Origin: Chrysomallon squamiferum
Taxonomy: Eukaryota; Animalia; Mollusca
Assembly (NCBI GenBank): GCA_012295275.1
Contig: CM022675.1
Span: 6,324,001-6,388,000, forward strand
Direction: 5' to 3'
Length of the DNA: 64,000 nt
Translations under genes and position numbers: made by a program
In this document: positions 43,303 through 56,248 of the stretch, one piece after another
Position numbering within the stretch: the stretch's first letter is position 1
How the letters are laid out: the number at the start of each line of letters is the position of its first letter
The notes under the pieces: generated by a model
What the model was told of the DNA's origin: nothing
The model's database searches: none
The model's input: the letters and a program-made list of their open reading frames with translations, nothing else

Positions 43303-44265
43303 CACATTATCCAAAACCTGAATTTGATTTTGTGAAATGACAGATTGAAAACAAATAGAAAAAACTCAATACAAATTATTAAGATGTTTTTCTCTCGTTT
43401 TACCTTCGTTTCTTTCTGTCTTAACAGTTTCCATTGTTAGAAAATTTCACAATTTATTGATTTATTCTGAGCGGTTTATATATAAAATTAATTTCTTTTA
43501 TTTTAAATTGTCAACTTTAGTAACTATTCAGTGTAATGTCTTCATTTTCTAATATTTATTTGATATTATTTACTTAGTTATATCATTTTAGATGTTTCTT
43601 TTTTCATATTATAACTTATATTTTTTACAATTATTTATTTATTTATTATTATTATTATTTTTATTATTATTTATTTATTTATTTATTTATTTACTTTTTT
43701 AATTCTTTATTAATCTTTCTTTTTTCATTCTGATTGATTTTGTTTTGTGTCGCTTAATGTGTTAGATAAATTAGATTCTTTTTCCATTTATTTATATTTT
43801 ATAAGTCTCATCAAAATAATAGTTTGCTTGCAACATCTGATCTGATATTCTACTTTTTTATTTCAAATTTAAAAGTGTAAATGAAGGGAAAGAAGTAACG
43901 TTTTACCAAATTTTGGCGTAACCTGCGTTTAACACAGACATCATTATTAATTATTCTTGCAATTATAAAATTTAAATTTTATCCAGGTTCAAATTTGTAT
44001 TAATTTTAATTTAAAGTGGCCTGAACGTAGAGAAAAAACCCCACAATAACAAGCAAATTTAGTACCTAACCTTTCTGCTTTTTTTATCAGAATAAACAGT
44101 TATTTTTGCTCAAACAAATTGTAAACAGGTATTAAACATGATTTTATGTAATGGATCACGTAAGGCTATATTTACTACACTGTTTTATTAAATTTAAAAG
44201 TTACTGAACAAAGAGTGAAACTATCCTGACTGTCTAATATTTATTACAAATTTTTTATAAATATA

Positions 44266-45420
44266 ATCACTGTTTTATTTGTCAGTAACTAATGTTTATA
44301 TCTGTGTGATCACTGTTTTACTTGTCAGTAACTCATATTTATATCAGAGTGATTGCTATTTTACTTGTCAGTAACTAATCTTTATATCAGTGTGATCACT
44401 GTTTTACTTGTCAGTAACTCATATTTATATCAGAGTGATCACTATTTTACTTGTCAGTAACTCATATTTATATCAGAGTGATTGCTATTTTACTTGTCAG
44501 TAACTCATATTTATATCAGAGAGATCACTATTTTACTTGTCAGTAATTAATATTTATATCAGAGTGATTGCTATTTTACTTGTCAGTAACTCATATTTAT
44601 ATCAGAGAGATCACTATTTTACTTGTCAGTAATTAATATTTATATCTGTGTGATCACTGTTTTACTTGTCAGTAACTCATATTTATATCAGAGTGATTGC
44701 TATTTTACTTGTCAGTAACTAATCTTTATATCAGAGTGATCACTATTTTACTTGTCAGTAACTCATATTTATATCAGAGTGATTGCTATTTTACTTGTCA
44801 GTAACTAATCTTTATATCAGTGTGATCACTGTTTTACTTGTCAGTAACTCATATTTATATCAGAGTGATCACTATTTTACTTGTCAGTAACTCATATTTA
44901 TATCAGAGTGATTGCTATTTTACTTGTCAGTAACTCATATTTATATCAGAGAGATCACTATTTTACTTGTCAGTAATTAATATTTATATCTGTGAGATCA
45001 CTGTTTTACTTGTCAGTAACTAATATTTATATCTGTGAGATCACTGTTTTACTTGTCAGTAACTCATATTTATATCAGAGAGATCACTATTTTACTTGTC
45101 AGTAATTAATATTTATATCTGTGTGATCACTGTTTTACTTGTCAGTAACTCATATTTATATCAGAGTGATCACTATTTTACTTGTCAGTAACTCATATTT
45201 ATATCAGAGTGATTGCTATTTTACTTGTCAGTAACTCATATTTATATCAGAGAGATCACTATTTTACTTGTCAGTAATTAATATTTATATCTGTGAGATC
45301 ACTGTTTTACTTGTCAGTAACTAATATTTATATCAGTGTGATCACTGTTTCACTTGTCAGTAACTAATATTTATATCAATGTGATCACTGTTTTACTTGT
45401 CACTAATATTTATATCAGTG
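44266..45420 (+). repeat. Second 43-bp minisatellite family, about 27 units (gtcagtaactcatatttatatcagagtgatcactattttactt)
   Basis: gtcagtaa recurs at 44281, 44324, 44367; a few degenerate units at the equivalent sites about 18800-18975 and 30580-30760. Confidence 0.97.
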
Positions 45421-45972
45421 ACGACTAATTTACTTTTGTTATTATCATCAGCATTTCACTGGGTTACAATAATTATATAGGGTGATCTCTTTTTTATCGT
45501 GTTTAAAAATATTTACAGTTACATGACATTTTTTGTATTCATTTTAGGAAATTTTCACACTATTGGAGAGAAACATTTTTATAACAGTACCCAGTATACA
45601 TTTTTTACTAATGTCATTTATGTATTGTTGTCACTATTTTTAAGTTGTTAGTCACGAATACGTTTGACTGACAAGGTAATCGCTGTTTTATTTCATAGAC
45701 ATTTTTATTTTTGCAATGACTGTTTCATTAGTAACATGTCTGTCTGATGCAACAATTTTAATCGTTCACATACAATGTGGATCACTAATTCACTTGTTAG
45801 TAACAGAAATATTTATACTACTGACCTTTTTCTTTTTTATATAAAAATATTTTCTTAGTGTGATAACCATTTCAGTTAATGATGCAAATAAAAAGAGATC
45901 ACTAGCTTATTATTAACACACACACACACATACACACACATACAAACATACATACATACACAGTATACATAC

Positions 45973-46008
<36 letters not shown>

Positions 46009-47935
46009 GACGCTGATCGCTAAAGTTGATCACAGTAAAGTGTATGTAATATTATATATATTATAAATATTCAGAATAGTTGTATAATGTTACGAGTAAT
46101 GAGGTCGTTCATTCAGTTCTTCATGATATCCATAATGATGTGATAATTTTTTTCATTTGTTTGAAATGTAAATACCAAGAATAAAGTTATTTCGATTTCA
46201 TTGATAATATAAAACATAGCACGTGATCAGTATTTCTCTATTATTTTTTAATAACATATGTAGATACTGCAGTAAGGTAGCAAGTAAAAGTCATACTTTT
46301 TAAAATAAGAAGATTTTATAAAATTTGAAATATATTTTCAAGAAAAAAATCTTTATTGCTTTTATTTTCTAGTTAGGAAAATATTTCTTTGTATATTTTT
46401 ATGGGTATGAAGATACAAATGGAAGTAAATGATGTGAAAACTTGAGATAATTTGCCACTTTTTTTATTCTTCTTTTAATAATAATAATAATAATAATAAT
46501 AGTTGCTGTTGTTGTTGTTGTTTTATTGTTGAAGTAATAATAATACTAATAGTAATAACAGTTGTGACGTGGTCTGGAACATTTTATTAACAATTGAAAT
46601 GTGGTGTGTCTTCTGTCTGGTTGATTTTTCTTAGTTATTTATTTATTTATTAATTTATTTAATTATTTAAATTTAATTTTTATTTATTTATATATTTTTT
46701 CTTTCTTTCTTTCCTGTTTGTATGTGTACAGTTTAAATATAAATCATCATGTAGACATTGTCCAAATATTTTGATAAAAGGGAGATAATTCAAACAGTCT
46801 GGCTTGACACATAGGTTGTTGGCAGAAAAAAACCTTCTACGATTGATGAATGTATTGGGGATTTTCTGGAATGTAACTCTTTAATAACTGCAAATTGTGA
46901 ATTAAAAATTAAAAGATACGAAATAAAGTGTGATGAATATAATTACACTCTCGTTCTTACTGTTATTACCGTTATTGCTGCTGTGATTCTTGTTGCTGTT
47001 AGTAATTCCAACCAGTGCTGCAAATTTCGATTCAGCGATGGTTATTCCACGATCACCTAAGCCAGAAATGAAATCATAATGGTATTATCTGCTAACTCTG
47101 CCTTGATTTGTTCTAGTTAGAGTTATCTAACTTTCCTTACCAACATATAGTTTGACTCTGCTTCTGTATTCACAGTTCTGCATTGACTTGTTCTTACTAA
47201 GAGTCTGAATAACAGTATACAATTTGACCAGAAACAATGCCACTGTCCTGTAGTAGGGATAATTCTGGATTGATTTGCTCTTACTAGAGTCTAAATAACA
47301 GCATACCTCACGTTTTAGCACTGGTTATGCTGTGTGAAATATGGAAGAAAAATATAATATATGACATTTTAATAACAAACAAACAAAAATCAAATTTACG
47401 ATCGTGATACAAATATCTATAATGTAATTAACTAAATTAATATTACAAATATTTATATAATGTTAAACTCTTTGCGACATATATCTGTATCATTATAATT
47501 TTTATTACACGGTCATGATTACTATTCACTTGTTAAAATATGCGTCTATATACTGTATCACAATTTCAAAATATTGGTAATTGTTTAAGAACTTTTCAGT
47601 TGTAAGTAGCATCAATATTTATTTAGTATCACTGGTTCATGTATTCGGAATACTTATAACAGCTCGTTGGTAACATTTTTATTTATTTACTCACATATGT
47701 GTACCTCTTAGAAATATTGGTGACATCTTGATCATGTTTCTGTTTTCAACAGTACGAATAGTTATAATAAAAAGATCGCTGTCTTACTATTAATGTTTAT
47801 TATTATCATTAGTTGATTTCAAATTGTTCCGAAAATTTCGATCTGCACTTTACTGTAGGGAAGCGGATATATCAAGGGAAATAATTCAACATGTCCAATC
47901 AAGGTTACTCTTTTTCTTTATTTTTACTTCCCTAC

Positions 47936-48006
<71 letters not shown>

Positions 48007-48099
48007 CGTTTTAATATTATTTATTCCCTTATATATTTTAGGGCACAAGAAGTAAATATTTCTAACATAATTATTAATATATATAAAAATAACCAAAGT

Positions 48100-48290
48100 G
48101 AACTCAAGACATGTCCTATATATTCCTGATTAAGTATGTCTGTAAGGACATACAGGACAGTTAAGGATAGTAGGATATTTCCTGTCAAGTAGGCTAATTG
48201 GGAGTATACGGTTACAGTATCAGTTGTTTTAGAATCATAAAAATATCTTCATCTGCAACACAAAACTGAATTTTATCAGTCAATTAATTC

Positions 48291-48339
<49 letters not shown>

Positions 48340-48743
48340 TATTAGTAAAAAAGAATAAAAAAGAACAAAAAACAAACAAAAAATAAGTAAATAATAATAA
48401 ATAACAAAAAATAATATTAATAGAAATGATATAGGGAAACATCAAATAATATCTCTGTATTAGAAATATAAGAACACATAATAAATCTTTGCGCAGATTT
48501 GAACCTGCTTCCTTGCACAGCTCAGATTAGCTAATAACGCAGTAACCGAGTTACTGAGTTAACGTACCCAGTGTGAAGTATCTGTCTACACTCATTTTGC
48601 CTTCACCTCCGTCGCTGTACGCAAACACCCTCAGTTTGTACACCGTGTTGTTATCTACGCCGTGGACAACAGCCTCGTATACCTTCCCAACAACAACGTC
48701 GTAAGCAGTGCGGATGTCTTCGGCATAAATGCCAGTATCTGAC
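48100..48743 (-). pseudogene. Contactin-like terminal exons: last FN3 exon 48743-48568 and a probable GPI-signal exon starting at 48252
   Basis: CCAG|VRYWH(frameshift)YAEDIRTAYDVVVGKVYEAVVHGVDNNTVYKLRVFAYSDGGEGKMSVDRYFTLG|GTACGT; the next exon reads (frameshift)YDSKTTDTV..LTGNILLSLTVLYVLT, a hydrophobic tail. Confidence 0.75.
48490..48560 (-). other. Possible decayed tRNA-derived (SINE head-like) sequence
   Basis: Minus strand has a B-box-like gcaggttcaaatctgc T-arm and an A-box-like taactcagtaactcggtt upstream; no complete cloverleaf. Confidence 0.25.
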
Positions 48744-48824
48744 CTGGATAAAACAGAGAAGAAACCCGGTGATGTCATTTGACAGTTAGTGGCTAGCTAG
48801 GAAAGTAAGGACCGTAACAAACGG

Positions 48825-48975
48825 TTCTCAAAGATCAAAAAGTAGCGGAAGAAATGCTGACAGCAACATCAACAATACGACAGTACTGAAATCAGTTAAC
48901 CAGCGAGAAAGATGAACTCTACTTTCTCCATCTTCATTTTAAATTAATAGAAAACAAAGTAAAATTAATTAGTGG
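48825..48975 (+). pseudogene. Diverged paralog of the TRIM-like 5'UTR/start exon
   Basis: gctgacagcaacatcaacaatacgacagta...agatgaactcta resembles gctgacaactacatcaacactacgacagta...agatcaactcta (about 14903-14960). Confidence 0.55.
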
Positions 48976-49000
48976 TAAATTTCTATAAACTGATTTAAAA

Positions 49001-49035
<35 letters not shown>

Positions 49036-49359
49036 ATTCTATGTAATAAATTAGATACTCAAAAAAATTTGTATTTGTTTCTTTTTTGTTTCTTTCTTTC
49101 TTTCTGTATTCATTCATTCATTCATTCATTTTAGCTCCAACGTTATAAAATACAATAGTTATTACACGTCACCTGGAAATGATCTCACATAAAAAAATAG
49201 ATATTTGACTTATTAACGCTATAATTTATGTCGTTCTTCCTATCGCCAAAAATGTACACAAAAATACGTAACAAATAATAATAATAATAATAATAATAAC
49301 AAAATTTAAGAAAAAGAAGAAAATTTCACGGTATTTTTTTTTTTTGTAAGATATTTCAG

Positions 49360-49508
49360 ATTTGGCCACATTGTTTGACAACATAGAAGGTGATGTTACC
49401 TGTAGTATCTGTTTGGATCTTTATCAAGACCCCAATATGCTTGACGTGTTACACCGACAGTTACAACAGCTTTTTATGTCCTGCCTATCGCAGCGTCATC
49501 AACATCCA
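49360..49508 (+). pseudogene. Decayed TRIM-type RING-finger exon
   Basis: TTTCAG|..LATLFDNIEGDVTCSICLDLYQDPNML(frameshift)TCY..(deletion)..TDSYNSFLCPAYRSVINI, matching the RING-HC pattern CxxC-LDLY-DP-L-C-H...CPxCR with the central HxFCxxC missing. Confidence 0.7.
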
Positions 49509-49977
49509 CATTCTCTGTATGCCATCTAAATTGGGCTTCTCTAAATTTACAAACATAGCAACAGTCGATATAATTTCATGTTTATTAATTACTTTTCTTT
49601 TTACAATACCATCTAAAACTGTCAGTGAAAAATGGAGTATTCATTTATTAATGTGGATTTATCATTGGATGTAGATATGTAATACTAAACGTATGAAAGT
49701 ATGTGTGTCTGTGTATGTGTGTGTGCACGTAAATTTATAGCTACCAAGGTAGGTAGGTATACAGATTAAACCTTAAGACAACTAACAACATTTGTAAGAG
49801 AAATCACTTTAGATTATAAAGTACATTTTTCTTTTCTTTTCAAAAACGTTCTTTTTGTTTATTATTTTTATTTCTTGTTGCTTTCGTCATACATCACGTG
49901 ACAGAAAATGAAGCGGTCAGTACTTACATTCAATATTAAACAAAACAAAAGCAAACAAACTCAGTGAGCATCTCTGA

Positions 49978-51533
49978 AACCTTTCGGGATATATGATTAT
50001 TAACATCTACATCAATACCCCCAAACCCTTTTAATTTATGGAGGAAATTTGGCTGCAGCTCATTAAAACTAATAATCCGGACCCCTGCAGACATAGCAAA
50101 ATCAAATGTTCATTTTTTTTTTTTTTCAACCGATGATGGCAATGTTGGTGGCATCTTGTCAGTCTGGCTCTTTATGCTGTGTTTAACAGGATTCTGTTGC
50201 TGGTAAACCCAACAAAATAGAAAGAACTTGACAGCAGTGTTATGAATATGACATTGATATTTATTTGGTGGGTGGGTGTGAATGTTTTCCCGCAGTGGCT
50301 GAAATGGCGCTGCAATGGAACAGACTGATTTCTGCGCACGTGGCGCGTATATTGTACAGGCCAGTCAGCTAGAGTTAATTTACAACTAAGCACACAACTA
50401 GCTGTATTTTCCTGCATTAAATGGGATTATTAGTGTTACGAATAATCTGTATTATAATATTAAAATGAGGATTTTGTACGTTCTTAGGCTGTAAGTACTG
50501 TGAGTCCCACAGTGATGTTTTCAAACGAAGAGTTATATGTTAAGTAAGAGATCATTTTATTTTCAAGAGAATAGCAACATTTAAAACAACATTTTCTCTG
50601 TGAATTAAATAAGGATTTTCTCTAAAACATCATTAGTAAGTTTTTCAGAAGATCGTTTTCAATTGCCAATGATTGACTTCATAATGAAAAGTGATTTCTC
50701 TTACAAATGTTGTTAGTTGTCTTAAATGTTTAATATGTATACCTACCTACCTTGGTACGTATCAATTTACGCGCACATACACACATACATACATACGTTA
50801 ATAGTACATATCTATATTCGATAATATATCCACATTAATAAATGAATACGCAATCTGTTCACTGACAGATTTATATGATATCGTAAAAAGAAAAGTAATT
50901 AATAATAATGAAAAGATCTACAATAGTTAACATGAAACATTTCCTCTGTCATCATAAACATCAGTTTTACGATGATTAAAACGATTATAATAGTTTAGAG
51001 AGTTACGTGGGTAATAAACTGACATTCTGATTGGATTTAATTGTTATTTTAAAGAATATTGAACACCATTTATACGTACCAAGGTAGGTAGGTATACAGA
51101 TTAAACCTTTAAGACAACTAACAATATTTGTAAGAGAAATCACTTTTCATTATGAAGTCAATCATTGGCAATTGAAAACGATCTTCTGAAAAAATTACTA
51201 ATGATGTTTTGGAGAAAATCCTAATTTAATTGACAAAGGAAATATATTTTTAAATGTTGCTATTCTCTTGAAAATAAAATTATCTCTTACTTAACATATA
51301 ACCATTCGTTTGAAAATATCACTGTGAGACTCACAGTACCTATGGCCACATAACACGAGTAGTAATCATTATATTTTCATTTCAGTGAAAAAACCATTGC
51401 ATTTTTCTTCATCGCATTTGTCAAAAAGAAAATTATATGTGTATGAGAAAAACTACTTGGAAAACATGACACTTCTTTCAAGAAAACATTACATCATTTG
51501 AAGTGATATTATCATTATTGGTGTTTTATCAGT

Positions 51534-51540
<7 letters not shown>
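49978..51540 (+). repeat. Inverted duplicate of about 56240-58312 (upstream region and intron 1 of the secreted-protein gene), with an internal palindrome (arms about 50490-50765 and 51070-51345)
   Basis: 50130-51070 is the reverse complement of about 56715-57700; 49978-50095 of 58195-58312; 51355-51540 of 56240-56435; 49583-49815 and 51070-51345 are direct copies of 56862-57092 and 57015-57290. Confidence 0.9.
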
Positions 51541-51624
<84 letters not shown>

Positions 51625-52053
51625 TGAGATATATACACGAAATGCTTTAATTTATTTCCATTTTACAATGCAGTTACAATAGTCGTGAAAATATTAAGCG
51701 AGAAATCAATTATATTTTAAAATAGGGTTTTCAAAATTTCCTCAGATTACTTCCAGTTCAACTTAACTGAACTCAATTTGTAATAAAAATAAAGGTGTTA
51801 AAAATGACACATTACATATTACAAAGCGAAAAAAATGATTTATTCAGTACTGTACTGTGAGAAAATAAAAAATAATGCCCTGTCAGAGTGGAAAGATTTA
51901 TATATTTTCTATGCTTCTACAAAAATTCTATATCAAGCGCAGCTTTCCATTGTTCAGCTGTGGAAGTTCAATGTATTTCTGTTATCATTTCATTCGTTGG
52001 GGTTACAATACGTTTTATTGTAATATAAGACAAGACAATAATCACTGAAAATA

Positions 52054-53358
52054 TACTCTCCCAAAAAAGAAACGCAAAATGGTTGATTTGTTAGATAACT
52101 ATTGTAAACTGACACATACCAATGTACGAACTATGAATATAATGATATTTGGTGATTCAAATGTATAGCTTTTGTTACAGTCGCCAAAAAGCAGGTAACA
52201 AAAAATAAAAGGCTATGGTCGTGTTTATTAGCCAAAACGTCCCCGCATGCAAACCACGTTACCAGTGCATATGCACGTGTTGCAGAAGAAACTTGAATAC
52301 GAGGGTTATCAAAATGCAAGGTTTTCGAAAACTTCTGTTCGTTATTTTTGTTCTGACCCAACATCAAACAAATGCCACGACTGAATCGCAATGAAACTAC
52401 GCCATCGGTCGTTTACAAGCTGGCGAATCCTTCTCGGCCGTAGCCCGGGTGTTCCATGTATCCTCAAACACCATCTTGAGATTGTGGCATCGGTTCCAGC
52501 AACACCAAGCAACATGTGACCGTCCCAGATCATCTACGGGAAAGAACCACAACGGCTACCTCTACTGCTTCAGCAATACCAGGTCTGCGTAGAATGTCGG
52601 CTCAGACAGTGCGCAATCGTTTACGCGAGGCAGGTATTCAAGCCAGACTGCCTAAGAAGAGTGGTTTTGACTCAACAACATCGTCGACTACGACGTCAGT
52701 GGTGTCAAGTGCACAGTTTCTGGCCTCAAATACGATGGAGAACTGTCTGGTTTAGTGACGAGGCTCGATTTCTGCTTCGTCGAGCTGATGGAAGATGTCG
52801 AGTTTACAGACCTCGTGGAGATACCGTGATGAAATTTTGCAACCACATGTCGCTCCAATTATGAATAATGGTAACGCTGTATTCCAGCACGACAATGCGA
52901 GACCACATACAGCCAGACTCACAACAGCGTACCTACACAACAATAACATTCAGGTCCTGCCGTGGCCTTCTAAATATCCGGATTTGAACCCTATAGAGCA
53001 TTTATGGGACGAGTTGGATAGACGACTGAGACAGCATCAACCACAGCCACAGAATCGTGCTCAGTTGGCATTATTACTACAGACAGAGTGGGCCACCATT
53101 CCACAAGGTGTAATTCGTAATGTCATTACTGCCATGGGAAGACGATGTCAGGCAGTTCCTGGACTCCCATGGTGGGCACACAAGGTATTGATATTATACT
53201 ATTATAACCTTGAACTTTTAACCTTTTCAATGTAATACCATCAGTTTAATGAATTGCGAAAGTGTGTGTAAAATGTGAACATTCTGCTGCTTTCTGTTGA
53301 TCCATTAGATAGATATTCTCAATAAAATCTACTTTCGCGTTTCTTTTTAGGGAGAGTA
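52054..53358 (+). mobile_element. Tc1/mariner DNA transposon (Tc1 class, DD34E), internally deleted and non-functional
   Basis: TIRs tactctcccaaaaaagaaacgcaaaa and tttcgcgtttctttttagggagagta, flanked by TA; transposase from ATG 52372 (MPRLNRNE), SAQTVRNRLREAG, WFSDEARF, FQHDNARPH, WPSKYPDLNPIEHLW with 34 residues between D and E; split over several frames. Confidence 0.96.
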
Positions 53359-53897
53359 TATTTGACATTTATAAGAACAGTCATCGGGTTGCATCTTTTA
53401 GCCCATCTTAATCTCTGTGTTACTGTTCTTCTTGGTGTCTTTGTTACATACATAATTATATACATACAGAAATATAGACATAAAGACACAGAGTGAGTTG
53501 TAGCTGATTTAAATCAGTCCACTGGAATAGATGTACGCATGTAAACATATTCGATTATTATTTAATTTTTTGAATCAAAATACATATTTCGGATCGGCTT
53601 TTAAATGTTTGTTAGATATCTATCGATCGAACGATCGTGTTTAATATATTACAAATTATTCATTTATTTATTTAGTTAGTTAGTTAGTTAGTTCGTACTC
53701 CGATAACAAAAACATCTTGTGAAGTTAGGATTATTGTCTTCGTTTGGAATGTTTCTTCTCCTCCTGCAAATTCTTTTCACAGGTAAACAACAACAACAAA
53801 AAATAAAAGTAGGTTGCACTAATGTTTATTGATTTTTTTTTCTTCTTTATGGTCTCATTACAGATTCCTTATTCTGAAAGGAAGATTCTTAGTTCAT

Positions 53898-54483
53898 CTA
53901 TACTGTCATCATCTGAAAATTGTGCAAGAAGAAAATAAGTTATTCAAAAAATAAATAGGATTAAATATTTATATCCGTCTTGCATTACGGTAACATAATT
54001 AAATGTTTACTGTTTTATATATACTTAATTTTTTCTTTTTGTTTTCTTTTTCTTTTTCTTTTGTGGCTGCCTTTGTTATTCCTAGTGATATTAGTAAAAG
54101 TTGTAGCTGTGATAGTAGAAGTGCTAATAACAATAGTAATAAAAGTAGTAATAATAGTTTAAGTAGCAGTAGCGGTAACGGTACTTCAAAGATTCCATCT
54201 GCAACAAACTTACATAGTCTGATATAAGGTTTTCATCTTGCGCAGAAATTCTTCCTTTACATGACGTCGTACAATCGTCGTACTCCGATATCACTGCTTC
54301 AAATGCGTCGTGCATCGTCGACCCAAATTTTTCGGCATTAAACATTTCGAGAACATCATCAAGGAAATCTTTAAAGGTGATTTCTAGAACGAAAACAAAC
54401 GTTAGCAACAATTTGTTATGCAATGAAGGATTTACTGTGAGATCAGTTGGATCATGTATCTTTGTACGTATGTGTGTGTATAT

Positions 54484-54522
<39 letters not shown>

Positions 54523-55393
54523 TTATCTACCTCACTGAATAACTCCTTAATAAAAGTTAATATGAAAAAGATTAAAAAAAAAAAAAAAAAAAAAAGAAAA
54601 AAAGAAAATTAAATAAGACTAACAAAAAAGTAGATAGAAAAATAAATCACGATTGACAGTATAATTTAACACGATTGAATTTAGTCAGAGGATATCGAAA
54701 TGTGACAGTTCCACGATGATTACAGGAGAAAGGTCAAAGTTAACTATAATCTAACCAGTTATAGCTTAGAACATCACTATTAATTTCAGGTCACTGGTAT
54801 TTTCAGTTTCATTATACACAACATTATTCTCTGTATGCCATGTAAATTTGGCTTCTCTTCTTAAAACAGTCCAAATAAATAAATTTACAAACATAGCAAC
54901 AGTTAATATAATTTCATGTATTTATATTATATTTATATTTATATTATATTATATTATATTATATTGTATTGTATTGTATTATATTATATTATATTATTTT
55001 GTTTTCTTTTGTTTATTTAGTATTTTCTGTACCAGCGATTCTTTTTAAGTTATTTATTCAGTGTGCTTGGTTGTGTCTCTTTAGTTTGTCTATCTTCTCT
55101 GTGTTTCTATATATCTGTCTCTTTATATATCTACTGTCTTGTCTTAACTACTAATGTATTTATTTATCTGTCTGTTTATATATAGGAATATTTATCTCTC
55201 AGTTTTTCATTTTTTATGTATGTATGTATGTATGTATGTATGTATGCATACATGTTTGTGTGTGGTTGTGTGTGTGTATGTATGTATGTTTGTGTCGTTA
55301 TGTGTGTATGTGTGTGTATGTATGTATGTTTGTGTGTGGTGTGTGTGCGTGTATGTATGTATGTATGTATGCATGTATATGTGTGTGTGTGGT

Positions 55394-55442
<49 letters not shown>

Positions 55443-55679
55443 CTGTTTTTCTTCAAGCCTGCACGGTCTGTTTGGTGTGTACAAATGTTTAAGTAAGACG
55501 CAGTACGTACCTTTCTTTTCAAATGCTATTTCCCAGATCTGATTCAGGTGGTAAATAACAGAGGCTTCCCGTAAACAGTCGTCTTCACACGGACTGGCTG
55601 TTGTCGGTGTGAGGAGTGTTAAACACATGACGAGAAGAAAACACGTGCGACTGAGAAAGTCTGTCTGTGTGGTAGTCAT
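53898..55679 (-). CDS. Small putative secreted protein (about 113-127 aa); coding exons 55679-55511, 54383-54214 and a probable last exon from 53912; 5'UTR exon ending at about 56619
   Basis: TTTCAG|GG ATG; MTTTQTDFLSRTCFLLVMCLTLLTPTTA-SPCEDDCLREASVIYHLNQIWEIAFEKK joined by a phase-1 intron in frame to EITFKDFLDDVLEMFNAEKFGSTMHDAFEAVISEYDDCTTSCKGRISAQDENLISDY; canonical splice sites; frame of the last exon uncertain. Confidence 0.75.
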
Positions 55680-56151
55680 CCCTGAAATACGAAGAGCAAC
55701 AAAAAAAAAAAAAAAAAAAAGAAGAAGAAGACATAAAAATAAGAAAGAAAGGAAGGAAACAAACAAATAAACAATTAAATAAATAAATAAATAAATTGTA
55801 GTCATCATCCCTGAAATACGAAAAAAAAAATAATAAAAAATAATAATAGTAGTAAAAAGAAAACAAAAAGAAAGAAAGAAAAAAGAAAAGACAAATAAAC
55901 AAACAAACAAATAAATAAATAAATAAATAAATAATAAATAAATAATAGAACTAATAATAATAATAACGGTATTCGGGAACGCACAGTTACAGGAGGACAA
56001 AATCAAAGAAGAACGTGACAAAAATAAGATGCCGCTGATGAGTTTCGAACGTACTTCATCAATTTGCGCGATTTTGTATTATTTTTATTTATTGAATGAC
56101 TGACATTGAATAAGAGAGAGCGCGGGAGAGAGGGGACGAGAGAGAGAGAGG

Positions 56152-56248
<97 letters not shown>

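Larger units (their letters stand above)
36625..46700 (+). repeat. Segmental duplication unit 3 (older, more diverged)
   Basis: Shares 11118-11480-like sequence, the LINE, the ATG exon, the coding exon and 3' flank; near-identical to unit 2 over about 42830-43480, clearly diverged afterwards. Confidence 0.85.

Noticed and set aside
44266-45420. Possible CRISPR-like array (also 33283-36250)
   Set aside because: Head-to-tail units without unique spacers, no cas genes, eukaryotic context
55176-56021. 281-aa single-exon ORF
   Set aside because: Only 55511-55679 is coding-like; the rest is microsatellite and T-rich intron
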